NCBI GenBank assembly: GCA_038064855.1
Contig: JBBTSE010000007.1
Location: forward strand, 87,699 to 151,698
Source of the DNA: Patescibacteria group bacterium
Lineage (GTDB): Bacteria > Patescibacteriota > Minisyncoccia > Ryanbacterales > GWA2-47-10b
DNA: 64,000 nt
Direction: 5' to 3'
In this document: one piece after another, positions 47,396 through 57,648 of the stretch
Layout: every line of letters starts with the position of its first letter
How positions within the stretch are numbered: the stretch's first letter is position 1
The notes under the pieces: model-generated
The model's database searches: none
Told to the model about the DNA's origin: nothing
The model's input: the letters and a program-made list of their open reading frames with translations, nothing else
Position numbers and translations under genes: made by a program

Positions 47396-48098
47396 TATGT
47401 ATTAAATCAAAATTTGACGACTGACGCACGGCAATGGCGCCAAGCTTGATAAGTTCGAGCATCGCCAAAAAAGTAACCACGACTGTCACCCGTTCTGCCT
47501 TACTGCCCACAAAATCATGAAAGGTTTTTACCATGCCGCTCGAGATACGCTCTTCGAGTTCTTTGATTTTCTCTTCGATTGAAATAATTTTCTTAACGGT
47601 GCGCTGGGGTAATTCATTTTTTTGCGGGATTGCGGCGATAATCTCACGCAACAAAAAGATCATGCGATTGAGATCAATACCTTTTGCGGGCGGTAGAAAT
47701 GACGGTGCGACAAGCACTAGGGGTTCACGCCCAAAGAGCTCTTGGCGAGCTTTGACGCGTGCGCCGAGCGCGTCAGCCATATGTTTGACGATTTGGTAGG
47801 CCCGCAGACGCTCTTCGAGCTCTTTAATATCACCCTCTTCTTCATGCGTGAGTATGAAGCCCGGCAAAAGCGAGCGCGATTTGATGAGGATAAGAGTCGA
47901 GGCGATGACCAAAAAATCAGCAAGCTCTTCGTGGTAGCTTTCACCAAGCTTTGCTTTGAGATCTTCGATATAACGAAAATAATCCTCAGTGACGGTACCG
48001 AGTGATATCTCATTGATCGAGAGTTTTTTGGTCTCGATTAGATCGTAGAGGAGCTCGAGTGGCCCTTCAAATTTTTTGACGCGTACTTTGTATGCCAC
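47373..48098 (-). CDS. scpA: Segregation/condensation protein ScpA
   Basis: FEGPLELL, IKSRSLLP, VTFLAMLELIK. Confidence 0.9.
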   Translation of the reverse strand: MAYKVRVKKFEGPLELLYDLIETKKLSINEISLGTVTEDYFRYIEDLKAKLGESYHEELADFLVIASTLILIKSRSLLPGFILTHEEEGDIKELEERLRAYQIVKHMADALGARVKARQELFGREPLVLVAPSFLPPAKGIDLNRMIFLLREIIAAIPQKNELPQRTVKKIISIEEKIKELEERISSGMVKTFHDFVGSKAERVTVVVTFLAMLELIKLGAIAVRQSSNFDLIHIEHGRTE

Positions 48099-48112
48099 GC
48101 GTGTAGTATAGC

Positions 48113-49513
48113 CTATGCGGCGGGTTTTTTCTTTATTTGGATTCCAAATTCGAGAAGTTGTTCTGGTGATACATCAGTGGGCGCGTCCATCACAGCAGTT
48201 TTACCACCCGCAGTCATAGGAAATGCCTGCACTTCGCGAAGTGCGGTCTCTCCCGCGAAACACATGGTGAGGCGATCAATGCCAAGCGCAATGCCGCCGT
48301 GAGGCGGCGTGCCTCGGCGAAATGCTTCTAACATGTGACCATATTCGCGTTTAATCTTTTCATCATCAAAGCCCATCACCCCCAATACTTTTTTAAGCAC
48401 TTCGGGTTCATGCGCACGGATACTGCCGCCACCCGCCTCATAGCCGTTAAGTACCAAGTCATACTGGTCAGCGATGATTGACTCGATCTCACCTGCCAAA
48501 AGTTTTTCGCGATGCTCGGGTACGGTGTTTGAAAACGGGTTATGGGTAAAGGTCCACCCACCGCCATCAGTATGTTCAAAAAACGGAAAGCGCGTCACCC
48601 AGGCAAACGCAAGCGTGCCATCTTTCTTGTCCTCTTCGGTTCGGAGATCAAATTTATCTGCGCCAAATTTTTCCATAGCTTCAGCATAGGTAAAGCGCGG
48701 AAACGGTGTTTCTTTTATTTTTTTGCCGAGTTTGTGCGCAACCTCAATCATCGTACCCTCAATGATATCGAGTACATCTTCTTGTTTTACAAAACTCATC
48801 TCAACATCAAGTTGGGTATGCTCAAATCCCCTGTCTGCACGCAAGTCTTCATCGCGAAAGCATCGGGCGATTTGAAAATATCGTTCAAAACCTGATGCCA
48901 TGATCAGCTGTTTATACTGCTGTGGGCTTTGCGGGAGTGCGTAGAACTGGCCTTGCTGAAGGCGTGATGGAACCAAAAAATCTCGTGACCCTTCGGCGGT
49001 GGCTTTCGTCAGATACGGCGTTTCAATCTCGACAAATGATTTTGCAAAAAGGTACTGGCGGATAGAGTCTACGAGTTTTGATCGTAGACGGATGTTGTGT
49101 TGGAGACGCGCACGACGGAGATCGAGATATCGATATTTGAGGCGCACTTCCTCACTTACTTCGTAGCCATCACCTGCTAATTCAAATACCGGAGTTTCCG
49201 CGGAGTTCAGTATGGTGATACCTTTGACTTCGATCTCAACACCGCCTGTTGGCAATTTATCATTTTTCATTTTAGCGGGGCGCTCTTTGACAAGTCCTTG
49301 CACACCAATCACCCATTCGGTGCGTACTTGGTCGGCCGTATCGTGCAAATCTTTGTTGTCCGGTGGTACTACCATCTGTACTACGCCTGATTCATCACGC
49401 AGATCGATAAAAATCAATTTGCCATGATCGCGGCGTACATCAACCCAGCCCGCAAGCTCGACTTCTTTGCCTACATGATTTGGCGTATCTATAATATGAA
49501 TCCGCTGTTCCAT
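48113..49513 (-). CDS. aspS: Aspartate--tRNA ligase (short, no GAD domain)
   Basis: RDHGKLIFIDLRD, RYLDLR, LPQSPQ, FRDEDLRADR, PPHGGIALGIDR. Confidence 0.93.
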   Translation of the reverse strand: MEQRIHIIDTPNHVGKEVELAGWVDVRRDHGKLIFIDLRDESGVVQMVVPPDNKDLHDTADQVRTEWVIGVQGLVKERPAKMKNDKLPTGGVEIEVKGITILNSAETPVFELAGDGYEVSEEVRLKYRYLDLRRARLQHNIRLRSKLVDSIRQYLFAKSFVEIETPYLTKATAEGSRDFLVPSRLQQGQFYALPQSPQQYKQLIMASGFERYFQIARCFRDEDLRADRGFEHTQLDVEMSFVKQEDVLDIIEGTMIEVAHKLGKKIKETPFPRFTYAEAMEKFGADKFDLRTEEDKKDGTLAFAWVTRFPFFEHTDGGGWTFTHNPFSNTVPEHREKLLAGEIESIIADQYDLVLNGYEAGGGSIRAHEPEVLKKVLGVMGFDDEKIKREYGHMLEAFRRGTPPHGGIALGIDRLTMCFAGETALREVQAFPMTAGGKTAVMDAPTDVSPEQLLEFGIQIKKKPAA

Positions 49514-49535
49514 AGATTTCAATATATCAGGAAAC

Positions 49536-49562
49536 AAAAACTCCGCATAGTGCGGAGTTTTT
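49536..49562. terminator. Intrinsic terminator after the giant secreted protein gene
   Basis: AAAAACTCCGCA-tag-TGCGGAGTTTTT. Confidence 0.85.
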
Positions 49563-49584
49563 GGTGCCTGCGCCGAAAGGAAAA

Positions 49585-52500
49585 CTATTGCCCGAGAGCT
49601 GACTGCAAGCCCAGTAGCATGTTGCGAAGGCCTTGCAGGGTATCTGCAAGAGCATTCACATCATTACCGTTCACAGCTGCCGTTGGTCGTGGGATATTAA
49701 ACTGCGTTTCTGAACAAAGGATATTAGTTGCATCACTCGTACCCCATTTCCAGAAACTCGCTTGATACCTACCGTAGGCGTTTGCGTGATCCGCCGCGCT
49801 CAATGTCACATCATAGGTAGTTGAGTTGATCACAGTCCATGATCCGCGGCCAACCCATGTGGCGGTACCGACACCGCGCGAGAGATTCCAGAAACCAACT
49901 GAATCAGGTAGGGCGGTACCTTTGACGACACGGAGTTTTACCAAGCCACCGCCAAGTTGAGTGACACTCGTCACCGAACATTCACGGTTATTGTATGTTG
50001 GCGCTTGAACTGCCGCAGGAGGTGGCGGAGGTGCTACGGGTGGTGGGGGCGGCGCTACGAGAGTACCAGTGCCAGTGATAGTAAGAGTGCAAGATGATCC
50101 AGATGTTCCATCATTGCGCTTTGGCGTGATGGTTACGCGCGCGGTACCCGCTTCACGCATGTAGAGATTACCCCATTGCCCCGTTGAACGAAGATCGTAC
50201 GGAGTTGGAGAGGACATGAAATCTCTAAAACACTTGTATGGGTACGGGAAGTAATTTGGATCAAAGGTGCCATCAGTGCGCTTACCGCAATCAACCGTTC
50301 CAGCCCATGGAGTTGAGACGGTGATATAATCAGCATTTTCCCATGCCCATGGAACTTCAAATCGATCACCTACGGTTTTTGTAACAGACGAATTGCCAAG
50401 GGTTCCATTGAGGCGACAGCGAGGTGCTGCGGGAGCCGGCGGCGGAGGTGGAAGTGTCGCACCTTGGCCACTACCTGCTGGTGGATAACATTGCTGCGGA
50501 GGTGTAGGACTTATCACTGAATTACGATTGTGATCAAAGTGTACACACGCGCAAGTAGTACCAGCACCATCGCCATCATATGTACCGCCAGTTGTACTGC
50601 TCCAGTCGTTGGCACATGCAGTAGGTGCTGGAGGCGGAGGTGGAGGGGTTGGGCCGCCTCCTGATGTAGTGATAGTAAGCGCACATGGTGCGCCACTAGC
50701 GCCGTCATGACGCTTTGGTGTCGCGGTTACATTGGCACTACCCGCTTCACGCATATAGAGATTGCCCCACGTGCCCTGCGTACCAAGATCATATCCACCG
50801 CCACTTGCAGTACGTAAGAATGCCGCGCGACATGAATACGGAGTTGTATAGCTTGGATCAAACCGGTCACCTACTCCATCACCATTATCATCGTAGTATC
50901 CGCAATCAATTGTGCCACTCCAACCAGGGCCTGCGACTGAAATATAATCAGCGTTGGTAGCCGCCCACGTTACGCCAAAGCGCGTATTGATTGCTTTGGT
51001 AGTACCGCCTGGAGTTGGTGTGAGTGTACATGATGGAGGTGGCAAAGGGCCTGCGGGAGGTGGTGGTGGCAGTGGCGCTGGTGGAGGGGGCGGAGGTAAG
51101 TCAGGTGTGGGGATAGTGATGGTATTACCTGATTTTACAAAGTCATATGTCACGCACTGTCTGTCATCGGTCGCGTCGTTGGGCCTCCCCCAGAGCCAGA
51201 TATTGACACCGTACCGACCATTGCCAAAGTTGCCATCAGAGAGTTGTGTTGCGGTCAGTGTACCTTGGAAAGTATTTGATGCGCCAATGCGTGTACCTTG
51301 CGGCCACTTGGCGAGCTCATATTGGCGAACACCATTGCGTACTGGATAGACACCAAACGACATCGAGTTACCACCGGTCACATCAAATGCGCGAAGGGTT
51401 ACTGTGCCTGCCACAGTACCTACGGCCGCATCACCACCTGAACAGTTCAAAGGTCCTGCGGGTGGTGGGGGCGGCGGTGGAGGTGCTGGGTTTGGATCGT
51501 AGAGCAACACACTACAGCTCTCTGATTGGATACTGCCATCCGTACGATGTAAGAAACTTACACCTTGGTTCATAGAACCGTTGACTGATTGCCAAGTAAC
51601 CGTAAAGGTCTGACCGCCAGACTGTTGGCGTGGTACCGCACCCAAAGGCGAATTCCATTCTACGGGAGTTGCGCCGTATGCAGTAAAGGTCACTGACTCA
51701 CTAATCGCTGCAGTTGATTTGTTTGCTGTGCAATAAAACTGCTCCTCTACAGATCCACACGCTACTTCATCGGCGGTACTAGTAGGACCACCGCAACTAC
51801 CATTTGCGGCACCGGGGCCAGGGCCACCGGTATATTGAGGGATCGCATCAATACCAGGTCTCCACGATCTCCAGTCAGGTACGCATTTACCAGTTTGCGA
51901 GATGCGTCGCCCAGGGCGAGAGCCATCGGGGTTTTTATCAGTGCCCGGCAAGCTCCACCATCCTTGTGCCATACCGTATACTTGCGCGTTCACACTATAG
52001 TCCTGCATGCAGAGTGGCAATTGGCCGGGACCGGTAGCAAGAGATTCAGGCGAGGCATAGGTGCTCGCGTGTGATTCTGGTAAAAAGTCAGCGTACGCAG
52101 GAGGAATGCCCATCCATTTGTAAGGGCCATCTTGTCCAACGCGTCGCGCGATATAGCGTGCGGCAAGATTCCATTGACCTGACCTTGTTGGGATACCATT
52201 GAGATTGAGTGCGCGTGTCCAGTTTGAATTCCACGCCTCTGCTACGAGATGCGCGTAGCCGTACGCATCTTGACCGTCATTAAATGTCGGAGTACTCGGT
52301 GCACTTGGTGAAGTTTTGTCGCCACCGTTTGGCCAGTTATATTTACCGGAGCATCCGCCTGCGTTAATACCACCGACAGGAAGATTGCTGATATTGCACG
52401 CATGATAGGGACCCCAGGGGTTTCCAGAACTACCGCCTGTAGTACCCCAAGTAACTTTAGTTGGATCAAAGCCGGGTGGGCAGAATCTACCAAGGTATCG

Positions 52501-54096
52501 TTGTTGCGCGCCCGTATCACAGCCAGTGGTACCTCCTTGGCGAATATCTGCGGTGATATTGTCACACGGCAATATAAAGGGTGCGCAAAATTGAAGCTGA
52601 TAGTTGCCACGGCTCGGAAACACTACGGTGGGATCTTGCCCTTGGTTGTTTGGCTCAAAGGTTACGCCGCAGTTACCGTCACCACAGGCTGCGCCATCTT
52701 TTGAGGTGACTTTCCACATCACAAAGCCATTGTTTTGGATATCGTCACGCTTTGCTCCATTTACATACACTGAACCATTGAGATACGCATAGAGTTTGCC
52801 ATCGTCGCGCGAGAAGGTACCCGAGACATTGCCACCAGCGTTCACATAGGTGTTTGCCGCGCTACCACCGGGACGCAAAAAGTCTTCAGCTACCCAGCCG
52901 AGTAAGCTACCAAAATTTACCTTCCACCATTGATACCAAACTCCTCCAAGCTTTGCCGGTATTGCGGGACTCGCAGCGATAGTCCCTTGTGCCCCTGCAT
53001 TGCGCGTCGCTGTCCAGGAGCCGCCGGGCGCGCCGCGTACATTGACGCCGTTTTCTGTTGTCTCAACACTCTGACCATTTGAGAAACTAGTCGATGGTGT
53101 AGGACCGGCGAGTGCCGTAGTACATACGGGAGTATCGTTGGCATTGTTAACATCGTCGACAATACTGTCACCAGTGCCACCATTACAGATAGGTGCTGCT
53201 ACCGGACATTGAGCCGGTGCGTTCCAACAGTAGATAGCGAAGCCATCACCGTTGGTATCTTTTCTTTCACACTTTTGATAGTTAATTGCGTTTCTACAGC
53301 GATAGGTATTTACCTGACCTGCTGAGCATGAGCCGTAGGTCGCGTTACAAGTTTCTGGTTCAGTGCCTCCACCAGGCAAGGGAACTCCTTGGCGATTGGT
53401 TGCCAAAAATCGAAAATATATGGTCGCAATGTTTCCTTCCGTTACAGTAAAGGTCGCGGTATCGCCACGCGTCCAACTACCAGAGCGTCCACAGTCAGCG
53501 CCACCACTACATACATTGTATTCGGGGTCGCGATATTCTACATCACCTTGCGTGCGCGGAGTCAGCGCGGTGATTGTGTGTTGTCCGGGTTCGAGATCAC
53601 GCGTTTCGTAAAACCCACCGCTCGTGGTGATGCGCGTACGCGAGTCGACATCAAGCGCGGCTTCTACATATTGAAATGAGTTTTGTGTTTGTACCACATA
53701 GCCATGCACACCTGCTGGATTTTCTGTGGTACGGGTGACGCAGTATGTTTCTTCCAAGCTTTGTTTACCGTTGACCATGACATACACGCGGTATCCGCAG
53801 CTCGAGCGAAAATCGCGCGTGACAGTAAATACATCAGAGACCCATCGGCCATCAGCGTTGGTGCGACCAAGACTCATCTGAGGGTTTGAATAATTTCCTT
53901 CCCAATTTGATGCGACGACGATCACGTCAGCGGTTGTGTCCGCGCCCGTGACAGTGAGCGTGATCGAATCGCCTGTGCTGTATCTATCCGCATTAAGTTG
54001 AAGGCGTGGAGTGCCCGCCCATGCGAGTTGCGGCGCCAACATGGCTACGGCAACAATACCGACCAAACCCCATCTCGTGAACAATCGTGTACTCAT
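49585..54096 (-). CDS. 1503-aa secreted Cys/Gly/Pro-rich multidomain surface protein (SH3b-like domain, duplicated modules, polyproline linkers)
   Basis: Signal peptide ending AWA; VNVR...WWKVNF...GWVAEDFL; twice NADYI...WGNLYMREAG...TPKR; several poly-Pro tracts. Confidence 0.8.
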   Translation of the reverse strand: MSTRLFTRWGLVGIVAVAMLAPQLAWAGTPRLQLNADRYSTGDSITLTVTGADTTADVIVVASNWEGNYSNPQMSLGRTNADGRWVSDVFTVTRDFRSSCGYRVYVMVNGKQSLEETYCVTRTTENPAGVHGYVVQTQNSFQYVEAALDVDSRTRITTSGGFYETRDLEPGQHTITALTPRTQGDVEYRDPEYNVCSGGADCGRSGSWTRGDTATFTVTEGNIATIYFRFLATNRQGVPLPGGGTEPETCNATYGSCSAGQVNTYRCRNAINYQKCERKDTNGDGFAIYCWNAPAQCPVAAPICNGGTGDSIVDDVNNANDTPVCTTALAGPTPSTSFSNGQSVETTENGVNVRGAPGGSWTATRNAGAQGTIAASPAIPAKLGGVWYQWWKVNFGSLLGWVAEDFLRPGGSAANTYVNAGGNVSGTFSRDDGKLYAYLNGSVYVNGAKRDDIQNNGFVMWKVTSKDGAACGDGNCGVTFEPNNQGQDPTVVFPSRGNYQLQFCAPFILPCDNITADIRQGGTTGCDTGAQQRYLGRFCPPGFDPTKVTWGTTGGSSGNPWGPYHACNISNLPVGGINAGGCSGKYNWPNGGDKTSPSAPSTPTFNDGQDAYGYAHLVAEAWNSNWTRALNLNGIPTRSGQWNLAARYIARRVGQDGPYKWMGIPPAYADFLPESHASTYASPESLATGPGQLPLCMQDYSVNAQVYGMAQGWWSLPGTDKNPDGSRPGRRISQTGKCVPDWRSWRPGIDAIPQYTGGPGPGAANGSCGGPTSTADEVACGSVEEQFYCTANKSTAAISESVTFTAYGATPVEWNSPLGAVPRQQSGGQTFTVTWQSVNGSMNQGVSFLHRTDGSIQSESCSVLLYDPNPAPPPPPPPPAGPLNCSGGDAAVGTVAGTVTLRAFDVTGGNSMSFGVYPVRNGVRQYELAKWPQGTRIGASNTFQGTLTATQLSDGNFGNGRYGVNIWLWGRPNDATDDRQCVTYDFVKSGNTITIPTPDLPPPPPPAPLPPPPPAGPLPPPSCTLTPTPGGTTKAINTRFGVTWAATNADYISVAGPGWSGTIDCGYYDDNGDGVGDRFDPSYTTPYSCRAAFLRTASGGGYDLGTQGTWGNLYMREAGSANVTATPKRHDGASGAPCALTITTSGGGPTPPPPPPAPTACANDWSSTTGGTYDGDGAGTTCACVHFDHNRNSVISPTPPQQCYPPAGSGQGATLPPPPPAPAAPRCRLNGTLGNSSVTKTVGDRFEVPWAWENADYITVSTPWAGTVDCGKRTDGTFDPNYFPYPYKCFRDFMSSPTPYDLRSTGQWGNLYMREAGTARVTITPKRNDGTSGSSCTLTITGTGTLVAPPPPPVAPPPPPAAVQAPTYNNRECSVTSVTQLGGGLVKLRVVKGTALPDSVGFWNLSRGVGTATWVGRGSWTVINSTTYDVTLSAADHANAYGRYQASFWKWGTSDATNILCSETQFNIPRPTAAVNGNDVNALADTLQGLRNMLLGLQSALGQ

Positions 54097-54277
54097 ATCT
54101 GTAAGAGTTTTGTAAATAAAAAATAAAAATGAATAGTGCGACCTATTGCTGTTTATTATATGGTAATTGCGCTCAAGCTTGCTTGTGTATAAAGAAAAAA
54201 GATGATTTTTATAGAAAAACCATCTTTTACCCAGAAAAATCCGTACCAGCTTAAAGGTTTGTAAACCTTACTAATTA

Positions 54278-55906
54278 TTAATTCTTTTTCTCTATATCAA
54301 GCGGTAAGAGCATAAAGAAGGTGCTGCCTTTGCCTTTGCCGGGTGAAGTCGCGCCAATAGATCCGCCGTGAGCTTCTGCGATGAGTTTAGCGACATACAA
54401 ACCGAGGCCGAGACCTTCGGTATGAGTCGCCTTCTGTTCTTTGCCGCGTACAAATTTTTGGAAAAGCTTGCGTGATTCCTCTAAACTCAAACCCGGCCCC
54501 GTGTCAGTCACTGAAAATCTGATAGCATCACCTTCTTGCACGAGCTTTACTACTACGGTTCCTGACGGCGTATATTTAAACGCATTGTCTACAAGATTGA
54601 GTGCCACTTGGCGAAGCTTGTTGCTATCACCACTCATGGCATCAGTCTTAAAATCTTTTTCCCATACCAGTTTCATCTTTTTATTTTTTGCCACGATCTG
54701 AAAATCAGTGACGATGGGGTCAAGGATCTCATTGAGATGTACGGGCTTCATATCAAACTGCATGCGCCCACGCTCCATGCGTGAGAGATCGAGCAAGTCA
54801 TTGACCAAGGTGATCAGGCGCTCATTTGATACATATACTTTTTCCAGAGGATCATGAATCTTTGTCTCAAGCTTGCCGTAGGTGCCCTCGCGCATCATGG
54901 AGATATATCCTTTGATGATCGAGAGTGGCGTGCGTAGCTGGTGTGATGCGATAGAGATAAAGTCAGACTTGGCTTCATCAAGCCGTTTGAGATCAGCGTT
55001 TGCAACTTCAAGATCTACCGCCAACTTCTCCATCCGCTCACGAAGTTTTACTTCTTGAAGTACGGAGCGTATGAGGAGGATACCGAGAGCGAGAGATCCG
55101 GTGAATAGAATAGAACCTAATACAACATCATATGCATCTCGCGCCGCAAGTAGCCGTACTAGAAGTAAGACCCAAAGTGCAAAGGTTAATAATTCTGTAG
55201 CAATAACTTTTACATCAAGTAATCGGTATTTAATAATTGCATAGCTGGTAAAGATGATAAATGGGAAAAAGAAAAGTGGTACAAACGGAATAAAAACTAA
55301 AATTTCATATACTGTCGGCAGTATAAGATTAAAAGTCAGCACCAAAGAAAAAGTGATGACTGTACCGAAGAAGATAAGTTTATATTGAGTGCGTTCAAGA
55401 CCCACCGCTCGACGAGCTTTTTTAAATAATACTACCAAGGCGGCAAGAACCAACCCTAAAGATACAAAGCCAAAAACTGGGAAAGCAGGTCCCTGCACTC
55501 CCTTTGCTACTTGATCAATAGATGGTAAATGTTCTAATCCTTCAAATACATAAGGAGTAAGAGTCAGTCCCGCAGCTATAATGGTTATGGGCCAAAAAAT
55601 ATATTTATAGATAGGAGGAATTTTCTGTGCTTCGTTTGGAAACACAAGAAACAAGTAGAAAATAGAAAAGGCGTGCCAAACCGCGAAAAAGAGAGTTAAT
55701 CGTAAAAACCATAGTATATACAATGAAGACCAACCATCTTGGTTGCTCATAAAATTAAAAGTTGCGTAGACAATTGTTAGTAGTGTGAATAAAAGAAATA
55801 TTCTGTTCGTAATACTTTTCCGATTATTCACAAACACAACAATCCCAAGTATGGCGATAGCTATACTAACTAAGCTGATAGCAACAAGATTAAAATTACT
55901 CGCCAT
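54278..55906 (-). CDS. Sensor histidine kinase with N-terminal multi-TM (HisKA_7TM-like) domain
   Basis: Many N-terminal TMs, YAIIKYRLLD, H-box SHQLRTPL, NLVDNAFKY, DTGPG, GLGLGL. Confidence 0.9.
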   Translation of the reverse strand: MASNFNLVAISLVSIAIAILGIVVFVNNRKSITNRIFLLFTLLTIVYATFNFMSNQDGWSSLYILWFLRLTLFFAVWHAFSIFYLFLVFPNEAQKIPPIYKYIFWPITIIAAGLTLTPYVFEGLEHLPSIDQVAKGVQGPAFPVFGFVSLGLVLAALVVLFKKARRAVGLERTQYKLIFFGTVITFSLVLTFNLILPTVYEILVFIPFVPLFFFPFIIFTSYAIIKYRLLDVKVIATELLTFALWVLLLVRLLAARDAYDVVLGSILFTGSLALGILLIRSVLQEVKLRERMEKLAVDLEVANADLKRLDEAKSDFISIASHQLRTPLSIIKGYISMMREGTYGKLETKIHDPLEKVYVSNERLITLVNDLLDLSRMERGRMQFDMKPVHLNEILDPIVTDFQIVAKNKKMKLVWEKDFKTDAMSGDSNKLRQVALNLVDNAFKYTPSGTVVVKLVQEGDAIRFSVTDTGPGLSLEESRKLFQKFVRGKEQKATHTEGLGLGLYVAKLIAEAHGGSIGATSPGKGKGSTFFMLLPLDIEKKN

Positions 55907-55914
55907 AAAGAATA

Positions 55915-56976
55915 TTATATGGTGATAAATCTACTAATATCTAACCTCGTAGCCCTCGCCGTCGGCTCTCCCCCATCACCAATGCGAAACATAAAAGCAA
56001 TTGTTTTGTTTTCTGCGCCCAATGCTTTTTGAATACTTGTATATCCCCGCTGCATGAGATGAATATGTCTGTGTTCAAACGCCGCAAGATCACCGTGCTG
56101 TACGCGCAAGAAAAGATAGATGAGCCCTGCGAGCGGCTGAAAGCTCAAACCAAGCTTTGTGGTATTGAGCCAAATGCGCTCTGCCGCCATACCCGCCTGC
56201 ACAAAATGCTCGGGCGTTTCGTCATCAATAACCACCGCGCCCACCAGCGAGCCTGACGCGTAGAGCTGACCGTTGCCCAAAGCTACAAAACGCGGAAAGC
56301 CGACCATACCCAACACGCGCATGACCGGCCACCTGCGAAATAATTTAAAAAGCACTTTTACGGGTGGCGGCAACTCGAGCGTATCTATATAGAAGCCGAT
56401 GCTTTTTTTGTCATCTTCTTGTTTGGTCCAATTGATATGGCTAAAGAAAAAGCCGTGCATGAGTTTGTTTTCAAATATCACTCGCTCGTTTGATGTCGCG
56501 GCGTTGGCTACGATTTTGATAGCGCCCTTGTCAGTAGTAAGTATTATTTTTACTCCATCATCAGCCACGCCGTCAGTGAGCCATTTTTTCGTCTCGTCAG
56601 TGATATCTACTTTTTTGTATGGCTTGCGGTTTGTGGTGCGTTTAAAAATACCTTCAAAGAGCGGTTCTGTCTTGGGTTCGCGCCCGGTAAACTGTATTAA
56701 AGCCACAAGATTTGACTCGTGACCTTCTGGAAACAGTTGAAAGCGCATATCAAAGCCATGGTGTGATGCGGCGATGCGTATATTTTCTAGCAGTGCCCCA
56801 TGCGCAAAGTATGATGCACGCTGACCCCAGCTATACAGAGAATCATCACGCTCAGGTATATTGTAGAGTGCCAGTTCGCCATCACCGCGCACTTCAAAAC
56901 GCCACGGCTGGCAATTTTCACCAGACGGCGCATGAATACCCGCCTCTATTATCTTAAGCAACACAGCCCGATCCAT
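55915..56976 (-). CDS. Nitroreductase-superfamily flavoprotein (tandem-domain, Acg/TyzC-like)
   Basis: APSGENCQPWRF, GALLENIRIAA, RTTNRKPY, AGMAAERIWL, FRIG. Confidence 0.8.
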   Translation of the reverse strand: MDRAVLLKIIEAGIHAPSGENCQPWRFEVRGDGELALYNIPERDDSLYSWGQRASYFAHGALLENIRIAASHHGFDMRFQLFPEGHESNLVALIQFTGREPKTEPLFEGIFKRTTNRKPYKKVDITDETKKWLTDGVADDGVKIILTTDKGAIKIVANAATSNERVIFENKLMHGFFFSHINWTKQEDDKKSIGFYIDTLELPPPVKVLFKLFRRWPVMRVLGMVGFPRFVALGNGQLYASGSLVGAVVIDDETPEHFVQAGMAAERIWLNTTKLGLSFQPLAGLIYLFLRVQHGDLAAFEHRHIHLMQRGYTSIQKALGAENKTIAFMFRIGDGGEPTARATRLDISRFITI

Positions 56977-57148
56977 TACCTCTATTCTAAAGAAAAAAAG
57001 GCGCACTGTCGCCCCTTTTGCTGTTATCTATCCACAGACTTGTTTCGCCAATAAGGCGTCTTTACTAAATCAATAAAATATGTTATTTATATGACAAACG
57101 TAAAAAACAAATTCATCCGTTCTTTTATAACTCAAGGGAGAGAATGTT

Positions 57149-57637
57149 GTGGAAAATACGAAGAAGCAGATTCTCGGTTGCGTTATCAAGGAGATCGCCA
57201 AGCAAACTGAGAACATGGAGCGCGGTCAACAGGGAGCTATCGAGGAGTCCAAGGCTCACAAAGGCGCGATGGCTTCCCGATATGACACCTTCAAAGAAGA
57301 AGCTCAGTACTTGGCTGGTGGTTTTGCCGCCAGAATCCAAGAACTGTCCTTACAGCTTGCCGCGTTGAAATCCATGCAAATGCGGCTTGCTGTAAACAAT
57401 AAAGTTTCGAGCGGCGCAATCGTCGAAATCGAAGATGTCGATACGGGCGTGAGAACGAAATATTTCCTGCTTCCCGTGGGAGGTGGGAATATCTACGAGG
57501 TGAATGGGAAGCCCTACTCAACACTGACAATCCGAGCGCCGCTCGCGCGCGCCCTGTTTGGCAAGACCGAAGGAGACGAGGTAGAAATTATAATCCAGGG
57601 GACGACAAAGCGCCTGCTTATCGTCTCTGTATCCTGA
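57149..57637 (+). CDS. GreA/GreB/Rnk-like protein (non-canonical)
   Basis: N-terminal coiled coil with SRYDT; C-terminal GAIVEI...APLARALFGKTEGDEV. Confidence 0.75.
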   Translation: MENTKKQILGCVIKEIAKQTENMERGQQGAIEESKAHKGAMASRYDTFKEEAQYLAGGFAARIQELSLQLAALKSMQMRLAVNNKVSSGAIVEIEDVDTGVRTKYFLLPVGGGNIYEVNGKPYSTLTIRAPLARALFGKTEGDEVEIIIQGTTKRLLIVSVS

Positions 57638-57648
57638 AGGAAGCTAAA

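Noticed and set aside
50020-51490. GGN-rich tandem repeats
   Set aside because: They are simply the antisense of polyproline codons in the large secreted protein
54184-57036. Isolated DnaA-box-like 9-mers at 54184-54192 and 57028-57036
   Set aside because: Single boxes are expected by chance and show no clustering
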